A stretch of DNA of 64,000 bases from a virus: the IMG/VR virus record IMGVR_UViG_3300017770_000005, positions 1-64,000 of that record. One strand, 5' to 3'. The translations under genes were made by a program, and so were the position numbers. The notes under the pieces were generated by a model. That model was not told the origin of the DNA. It did no database searches and saw nothing but the letters and a program-made list of their open reading frames with translations. Every line of letters starts with the position of its first letter. The stretch's first letter is position 1. This document shows, one piece after another, positions 57,493 to 64,000 of this stretch.

Positions 57493-57545
57493 CAGATTAT
57501 TAAAAACTAAATACTCTTAAGAGATCCACCTAGCTAAAGAAATAG

Positions 57546-60500
57546 ATGACTAGAAATAGTAGAGAATTATCTCAATTTGCATCTTTTGTTGAAATTAGAG
57601 ATGCTAATCAAAACATAGGATTGTCAACATCTTTGGTGATGTTGGGTGGTGTTGGTATTGGTAGTACGGTCGGTGATTTTTTAGCAGAAAGAGCACTAAG
57701 AGATCCTGATGGTGATCCATTAATTAACTTTAATAAATCATTTTTCTTAGATGATGTCTTCATTCGTGGAGACTTCAATCTAGATGGTGGAGAAACTTCT
57801 ATAACTGGTGCTGGCGCCACATTCCCAGCATTGAATGTAACTGGATTAACAACAACTAAAAATCTAGTTGTCACGGGTGTTACTACGCTTTCCCGTGACA
57901 CTGGAATGGGAACGGTTTATATTGGTCAACAATCGGTTCCTGTTGCTGGAGCACAGGGAGATGATCCAACAAATAGTAACTCTGATATTGGAATTGGAAT
58001 TACTGGTCCTGGTGGAACAGTTAATGGTTCTGCGGATGGTCCTGGTATAGCACACGGTTTAGTTGTCATTGATAATGTTGGTGCTGGAGATCCTCAAAAG
58101 GATGTAGCACTATATGTTTCAGGTAGGGTTCACTTTAATGGTGGTGATCCACTTATTACTGATCCCGCAAATGGTGGTGAAACTGGGTTAGGAACTGAGT
58201 TCGTTGTTGTTCCCGAATCACTCTTCTATGACACCATTACTTGCATGGAAGATATCAATATCGTCCGTGAACCAGGTAATTCAACGAAAGCAAGATTAAG
58301 AGTATTTAATGATGAACGTGAGGGTGATTGGGCACAAGCAGGTATTGATACAGAGTCAGCATCTGCTGCAATTTTCACCACTGGTGGTTTTGAAGCAAAG
58401 AAATTTGGATCAGTAGGTTGGGGATTAAGAGTTCAAGAATATGTTGATGTTGGTTATGATTTAGGTGGAACTAGTGGATCTGAAGATCATCTCGGTGATG
58501 ATGTACTCAGTAGATTTTACGGAAATATGAATTTGGAGATGCCAATCCTTTCGATTGGTATGACACCTGCTTCCCATAAGGCAGCATTTGCTCCATACGG
58601 AAAAACTGAGGTTAATACTGATGGTGCAGTATTCTCCCAACTACAACCAAATATTGTTAACACTCCAACTGGTGGTATTGGTAGTGATGGTGCTCGTTGG
58701 AATAATGTTTTCAGTAACTTCTTAGATGTTGGTCCTTTAGGAACTGACAGTCAAGCAAATATGGTTAACCTAGACGTTGGTTTGGGTGCAACTATTGGAT
58801 ATCTAAATGTTGCTGGTGTTGGTGGAACCGATGAGAATGAAATTTATCTAGATGTTGGTCCTGGTAAATCAAGACTATCTAATGTGGATAGTTCTGGATT
58901 CTTTAATCATCTTGGTGTTGCAACAATCAATGGATTCTTAAACGTCATCAGTGATAGTTACAATAATGCGTATGTTGCTACTGCTTTCCAATCAAATAAT
59001 GTAGATTTATTCAAGCAAGACGAAACTAATAGTACAAATCCCGAGTTTTTCTATCCAGCAATGGGCAACTCTGGACAGAATCAAACTGATGCTGGTGCTC
59101 AACTATTTGTCAACCCAGGATTCTATCTGGATGCATTTGGTACTAGTTTATTCGTACATAATAATCTAAATGTTCTTGGTACATCTATTCTTGCGTCAGA
59201 AGAAAATCCAGACCTAAGATTTGACCTAATAAACTATGGTGTTACTGAACTTAATTTTGCAAGTCAGGCAAGATATATTGATATTGGTGAAGCACAAAGT
59301 GCTGTTGGTGGTTTTACAACAATTAGAAGTAATAATACAGAACTTGCCAGACTAGTTCTATCACAGAATGAGATTAAAGCAAGTGATCAGCAAGTAAATA
59401 TCACTCTTGATAGTGCAACATCCACAGCATTTGCTGGTTTTGTTCAAATTGGTGGTACACACATTAAATGTGATTCCAATGTTATTGACATTGCAGACTC
59501 ATCACAAAGAGCAGATTTATTCAAACAAGCAGAAGATATTATTGTTGGTTCTAATGATGTTGGTATCATCACCATTAGGAATAATGTCACAGAACTTACT
59601 GGTTTCTTGAGACTTGGTAAGAATGTTATTCAATCATCTGATGAATTTACCGCAATTCAAATTGGATTGGGTGCAACATATACTGAAGTCACTGGTGATT
59701 TGGTTGTTGGTGGAAAAGATATTCAAGATGGTATTGGTATCACAAACATGACCCTAGATGGTGATGTTAAGACTACTTTCTATGGAGACATTGAGGTTCG
59801 TGGAAATCAGATTCTAGCATCAGATGGTACAGTCAACATCTTGATGTTTGATGCACAAGAAGCAACGAGTTTTACTGGTAACATAAGAGTTGAAGGCAAT
59901 AACATTTTAGCAGGTACTGGTGATACAAATATCACTATGGTTGCAAATAATAATACCATATTTGCTGGACCAATTCAAGTCAATGGTAATGCAATTCGTG
60001 CAAGTAATGGTCAAGATAACATCGAAATGGATAGTGATGTTAAGACAACCGTTTTAGGTGATTTGCAGGTAGGTACAGGCACAATGCGTGCTGGTGATGC
60101 AACAATATGTATTAAAATGATTGGTGGTACTGGTGATGTTGGAATTACAAGTGACTTAACTGCTAATAGTGCATTCTTTAATGGTGATGAAGCAAGACTG
60201 AATACATTAGATGTTAACATCAGAGATAATCTACTAACTCTTGGTCTCATTGAAGATCCACTTAATCAAGGTCAACTTATTCCTCCTAATGTATCGGTAG
60301 GAAATAGTGGTGATGCTGGTATCGTCATGGCACGTTATGACGTTGGACTTTCAACTCATAAGTATGCTGCTATTTTCTACGATAATTCTCAAGGAAGAAT
60401 TGCAATCCGCACTGATGTTAATCCAGATCCTGGTACTGGTGAGGTTGGAAGAGATCGTTTTGTTGTTGAGCAAGGACTTCCATCAGAATTGGAAGTACAA

Positions 60501-60632
60501 AATTTATACATTAATCTAAATAGCACTCTTGGAATCACTACTATCTTTGAAGCACAAGTTTCTGATGATGGTGAATCAGTTGAGGATGTTCTTGCTGTTG
60601 TAAATGTTGAGATTGATGCTGGGTTCTTCTAA
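57546..60632 (+). CDS. Fibre-like structural protein
   Basis: C-terminal G.I.V.GN.I.A repeats of about 28 aa; late motifs at 57485 and 57507. Confidence 0.75.
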   Translation: MTRNSRELSQFASFVEIRDANQNIGLSTSLVMLGGVGIGSTVGDFLAERALRDPDGDPLINFNKSFFLDDVFIRGDFNLDGGETSITGAGATFPALNVTGLTTTKNLVVTGVTTLSRDTGMGTVYIGQQSVPVAGAQGDDPTNSNSDIGIGITGPGGTVNGSADGPGIAHGLVVIDNVGAGDPQKDVALYVSGRVHFNGGDPLITDPANGGETGLGTEFVVVPESLFYDTITCMEDINIVREPGNSTKARLRVFNDEREGDWAQAGIDTESASAAIFTTGGFEAKKFGSVGWGLRVQEYVDVGYDLGGTSGSEDHLGDDVLSRFYGNMNLEMPILSIGMTPASHKAAFAPYGKTEVNTDGAVFSQLQPNIVNTPTGGIGSDGARWNNVFSNFLDVGPLGTDSQANMVNLDVGLGATIGYLNVAGVGGTDENEIYLDVGPGKSRLSNVDSSGFFNHLGVATINGFLNVISDSYNNAYVATAFQSNNVDLFKQDETNSTNPEFFYPAMGNSGQNQTDAGAQLFVNPGFYLDAFGTSLFVHNNLNVLGTSILASEENPDLRFDLINYGVTELNFASQARYIDIGEAQSAVGGFTTIRSNNTELARLVLSQNEIKASDQQVNITLDSATSTAFAGFVQIGGTHIKCDSNVIDIADSSQRADLFKQAEDIIVGSNDVGIITIRNNVTELTGFLRLGKNVIQSSDEFTAIQIGLGATYTEVTGDLVVGGKDIQDGIGITNMTLDGDVKTTFYGDIEVRGNQILASDGTVNILMFDAQEATSFTGNIRVEGNNILAGTGDTNITMVANNNTIFAGPIQVNGNAIRASNGQDNIEMDSDVKTTVLGDLQVGTGTMRAGDATICIKMIGGTGDVGITSDLTANSAFFNGDEARLNTLDVNIRDNLLTLGLIEDPLNQGQLIPPNVSVGNSGDAGIVMARYDVGLSTHKYAAIFYDNSQGRIAIRTDVNPDPGTGEVGRDRFVVEQGLPSELEVQNLYINLNSTLGITTIFEAQVSDDGESVEDVLAVVNVEIDAGFF

Positions 60633-60635
60633 CCC

Positions 60636-60664
60636 TTGACAAGATGCCCAAATGTTGCTACAAT
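60636..60664 (+). promoter_or_regulatory. Sigma70-type promoter
   Basis: TTGACA-N17-TACAAT with extended TG; a second TGCTACAAT at 60722-60730. Confidence 0.7.
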
Positions 60665-60749
60665 CTCTCTGTTGAGGTTAGAAAAGATATAGCTCTAAGA
60701 CTTTAATACTTGTCTATATACTGCTACAATATAACTAAGGATTATTTTC

Positions 60750-60914
60750 ATGGACCCATCTGAAATTTCTTTAAGTACTCCATCAAAATCTTTTGAATAT
60801 GAAAAACTTGCTAGAGATATTGATAAAATTGAAGATATTGAAGAACTGAAAATGACTCTTAAATCTTATGTTAAATTATATTTTAAGCAACAAGAAACAA
60901 TTAAAATGATCTGA
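60750..60914 (+). CDS. 54-aa NblA-like protein (not in ORF track)
   Basis: AAGGA RBS; MDPSEISLSTPSKSFEYEKLARDIDKIEDIEELKMTLKSYVKLYFKQQETIKMI; two-helix pattern resembling NblA (tentative). Confidence 0.55.
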   Translation: MDPSEISLSTPSKSFEYEKLARDIDKIEDIEELKMTLKSYVKLYFKQQETIKMI

Positions 60915-60918
60915 TGGA

Positions 60919-60974
60919 GACAGTTTGAGAACCGTCACAAGCACCTTGACTTTAGGGTCGGGGTGCTTTATAGT
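60919..60974 (+). promoter_or_regulatory. Early-type promoter with two inverted repeats
   Basis: GACAGTT-tgag-AACCGTC; AAGCACC..GGTGCTT enclosing TTGACT, then N17-TATAGT. Confidence 0.7.
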
Positions 60975-60997
60975 ATATTCATTGACAGGGACAGCAC

Positions 60998-62245
60998 TTG
61001 ACCATCACTCTTCGTCCACACCAGCAACGTGCAGTTAATGCTATGTGGGACAACAGCAAAGGTCAGGTCATCGTTCCTACGGGTGGTGGCAAGACTATTT
61101 GTATGATTGAAGATGTAATGATCAATCTTGATCTTATCAATCTTGGTCAGACTTATGTTGTTGTAGCACCTCGCATTCTGCTTGCTGAACAACTTTGTAG
61201 TGAGTTTCTTGAACTGATTGATACTAAGAATGTTCATGTAATGCACGTTCATAGTGGTGAGACTCAGCATTTCAGCAGCACTAAAGCAGAACAGATTCAT
61301 ATGTTTGCTAATGTTGCTCGGACTTCTGGTGACTCCTGCATTATCTTTACTACTTATCATTCTCTTCATCGTGTGATGGAAGCAGATATTGAGGTCAATA
61401 CTATCTACTTTGATGAAGCACATAACAGTGTTCAACGTAACTTTTTTCCTCCCACTGAGTTCTTCTCTCACGAAGCAGATCGTTGCTTCTTTTTCACTGC
61501 TACTCCTAAGCATTCTATCACGGTAATGAAACCTGGCATGAATGATCCTGAAGTTTATGGTCAGGTTATTTGTCAGGTTCCTGCTCCAGAACTTATCAAT
61601 GGTGGTTTCATTATTCCTCCTAAAGTTGTTGTTAATCAACTAGATAATGCAGATCTCTATCCTGATGTTCCTCTCAGGGATTCTACACACTTAATCAAGA
61701 CTATTGATGAGACTGGTGCTGATAAGGCATTGATCTGCTCTAAGTCTACAAAAAACATCATCAATCTAATTGGTCAGTCTGACTTTACTTTCCAACTAGA
61801 ATTGCGTGGATATTCTTACATGTATATCACAGCAAAAACTGGTGCTATCATCGATGGACGTAAAGTCAACCGTGAGGTGTTCTTTGACACTTTGAGTGCA
61901 TGGGGTCGTGATGATGACAAAAAGTTTGTTGTGCTCCACCACAGCATCCTCTCAGAAGGTATCAATGTCAGTGGTCTTAATGCTGTAATTTTCATGAGGT
62001 CAATGGATTATATTGGCATCAGTCAGACTATCGGTCGTGTGATTCGATTGCATAAAGATGATGCTGCTGGTCTTCGCAATGGCACTATTGTTCCTGGTAA
62101 ACTTGATCAGTATACCAAATCTTATGGTCTAGTTTGTATCCCTGCCTTCAATAAAGTTGGTATTCAGACTGCACAAAAGATTCAGAATGTTGTTGACATT
62201 GTGTTTGAGCAAGGTGATGCTGCTGTTTCTGTAGTTAAGAAGTAA
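60998..62245 (+). CDS. Superfamily 2 (DEAH/ResIII-like) helicase
   Basis: LRPHQ, PTGGGKT, DEAH, TAT, LSEGINV, QTIGRVIR. Confidence 0.92.
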   Translation: MTITLRPHQQRAVNAMWDNSKGQVIVPTGGGKTICMIEDVMINLDLINLGQTYVVVAPRILLAEQLCSEFLELIDTKNVHVMHVHSGETQHFSSTKAEQIHMFANVARTSGDSCIIFTTYHSLHRVMEADIEVNTIYFDEAHNSVQRNFFPPTEFFSHEADRCFFFTATPKHSITVMKPGMNDPEVYGQVICQVPAPELINGGFIIPPKVVVNQLDNADLYPDVPLRDSTHLIKTIDETGADKALICSKSTKNIINLIGQSDFTFQLELRGYSYMYITAKTGAIIDGRKVNREVFFDTLSAWGRDDDKKFVVLHHSILSEGINVSGLNAVIFMRSMDYIGISQTIGRVIRLHKDDAAGLRNGTIVPGKLDQYTKSYGLVCIPAFNKVGIQTAQKIQNVVDIVFEQGDAAVSVVKK

Positions 62246-62248
62246 TTT

Positions 62249-62473
62249 ATGAAGTATACATACACTAACTCATCAAAGTTAGAACCTACTTACTATAAAC
62301 AATTCTGCTCTGATGATGGAAATTTTGTTGTAATTCCAATTGCAGGAAAGGGTGTTAAATACACCATTATTGCTCAAGGAAAACCAACGGGAAAAATTTA
62401 TAGAAAATTTGACACAGCAATGAAAGATGTGTTAAAGTTACAAAAAAAGTACAAAAAGAAATTCAAAAAGTAA
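62249..62473 (+). CDS. Small basic hypothetical protein
   Basis: ORF filling the gap between helicase and oxygenase. Confidence 0.65.
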   Translation: MKYTYTNSSKLEPTYYKQFCSDDGNFVVIPIAGKGVKYTIIAQGKPTGKIYRKFDTAMKDVLKLQKKYKKKFKK

Positions 62474-62478
62474 TTGGT

Positions 62479-63147
62479 ATGTCAAATTTTTCATTATATT
62501 GTGATGTTCCAGAAGGGCATAATGAATATCTAATTCCCATGTTTTCTGTCCCACTTCTGCATCTCAAAGTGGAAGAATGGGATGAAAAGAGAAAAAGTCT
62601 TCTCGATATGTATTCAAGAAGAAGACAAGAAAGTGATAAATTTAAGATTGCCACAGGTTCTAATTCTTCTCTAGATGTGGAAACTGATTATCACCACAAT
62701 CATGACACTGGAGAGACTTACGATAGAGAAATAACAGATATTCTCAAATCAGAATTAGAAACTTTTTCAGATACTTTTGAATGTGCTGCTGAAGTATGTA
62801 CTTCATGGTTTGAAAGAGCAACTAATAGTAAGTTTCATCAGGTTCATAATCATGGATCTATGGGATTTAGTGCTGTATTATTCATTCAGTTTAGTCCTGA
62901 GTATCATACTCCCACAGTATTTTTGAATCCAAACCTGGCAGATAATGAGGTTTGTAATTGCGTACCACCAGGAATTAGGGAAGGTTCACTTATATTTTTC
63001 CCTTCTTATGTTCTTCATTATACTGCACCGAATGAGAGTGAGAAGGATAGAATCGTCCTCTCATTTAATATAAATGTAGAATACGAGAGTTTTTCTTTCG
63101 CAGATGAAGACGATAGTGATGGTGAATACTTCACAAAAGATGTCTAA
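62479..63147 (+). CDS. 2OG-Fe(II) oxygenase-like protein (TIGR02466-like)
   Basis: H.H...FSAV.F, EGSLIFFPS...H...N....RI.LSFN. Confidence 0.85.
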   Translation: MSNFSLYCDVPEGHNEYLIPMFSVPLLHLKVEEWDEKRKSLLDMYSRRRQESDKFKIATGSNSSLDVETDYHHNHDTGETYDREITDILKSELETFSDTFECAAEVCTSWFERATNSKFHQVHNHGSMGFSAVLFIQFSPEYHTPTVFLNPNLADNEVCNCVPPGIREGSLIFFPSYVLHYTAPNESEKDRIVLSFNINVEYESFSFADEDDSDGEYFTKDV

Positions 63148-63703
63148 ATCATTTATTCTTCGCAATTTTTTATTCAAAGATGATGTAAAAGCACTCAATC
63201 AATGGACTCTAGATAATTGTCATCTAGATTTTTTTGAAGATGCCTGCATGGATCCAGATAATCATGGAACACGATTCACAACTCGATTCCCTAATGAAGA
63301 GATAGCACCTAATTTAAACTATCCAAAGTCTGCACATACTGTACGGCAAAGAATAATCAATTATTTTCATCTAGAAGGTTACAAAAGTCCACCATCCTAC
63401 AGTCATGGAATTGTAAATGGCATTGGATATGATGGTGGCAGAATAGAGAATCATATTGACCCTACATATTATCCAAATACTAAAACAGTTCACTTTAATG
63501 CTATTACTCAACAAGCACATAAGGGTGGACATACGATCATTGGTGGTGTAGAATATACAGATATAAATTCTACAGATCTTTTGATATATCAAGTCTCTGA
63601 GATTCACCATGAAGTAACACCAACACAAGGTGATACTGCCAGAATACTATGGGTTTTTGGATTTTGTTTAGATGATGAAAAAGTACAGGAGATATTCTTA
63701 TGA
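63140..63703 (+). CDS. 2OG-Fe(II) oxygenase
   Basis: H.D (HID), GG, H.VTP..G..R. Confidence 0.8.
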   Translation: MSKSFILRNFLFKDDVKALNQWTLDNCHLDFFEDACMDPDNHGTRFTTRFPNEEIAPNLNYPKSAHTVRQRIINYFHLEGYKSPPSYSHGIVNGIGYDGGRIENHIDPTYYPNTKTVHFNAITQQAHKGGHTIIGGVEYTDINSTDLLIYQVSEIHHEVTPTQGDTARILWVFGFCLDDEKVQEIFL

Positions 63704-64000
63704 AAGATTTTGCCAACGATGAATCATTATTTGAAACTAATGATTTTTCTAATATGAATATCATTGAGTTTTGTGATGGTGATAAGGTTTCCAATTTTTA
63801 TTGGATGGATAATTTTTATAAAAGACCATACGATGTCTATGAATATCTTTTATCTGTTGAACCACCATTATGGAAAATGGGAGAAGATTGGGAACTTGGC
63901 AGAGGTACACTCAACACAAAAAACTTTGAGGATCGTAGACATATGATGAAGCATCCTGGTATGTCTTCACTATACAGTAAGATCTCGGGTATTTGTGACC
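63700..64000 (+). CDS. Partial ORF, DUF6445/2OG-like (runs off window end)
   Basis: Open from ATG 63700: MKDFANDESLFE...WMDNFYKRPYDV...; AGGAG upstream. Confidence 0.6.
   Translation, partial: MKDFANDESLFETNDFSNMNIIEFCDGDKVSNFYWMDNFYKRPYDVYEYLLSVEPPLWKMGEDWELGRGTLNTKNFEDRRHMMKHPGMSSLYSKISGICD

Noticed and set aside
60665-60720. Possible small RNA downstream of the 60636 promoter
   Set aside because: No convincing structure or terminator could be identified by eye.

Overview
A 64 kb segment of an AT-rich T4-like cyanomyovirus genome; the host is probably a marine picocyanobacterium (inferred from CP12, CpeT-like, PhoH, ThyX and purine auxiliary genes). All calls come from reading motifs and gene order, not from database searches. 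Left to right: (1) a purC/purM/purS cluster with a free-standing HNH-AP2 endonuclease and a flavin-dependent halogenase; (2) a short transcription unit with a tandem glutamine-riboswitch-like RNA, a 54-codon ORF nested inside one of its stems, and a YRG-motif (DUF4278-like) peptide; (3) thyX followed by two split carbamoyltransferases in reversed domain order and an NDP-sugar dehydratase; (4) phoH, exonuclease, gp33, gp59, gp32; (5) the baseplate/tail module, with two tape-measure-like proteins carrying different muralytic domains; (6) cp12, cpeT and a tRNA(UAU) with a long variable arm; (7) about 27 kb of large virion/fibre genes, including an S8 protease-LamG fusion and a duplicated two-gene cassette; (8) an NblA-like small ORF, an SF2 helicase and 2OG-Fe(II) oxygenases. 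The best candidate for an undescribed system is the riboswitch with the nested ORF at 4494-5044. No CRISPR array, rRNA, transposase, integrase or reverse transcriptase was recognised.
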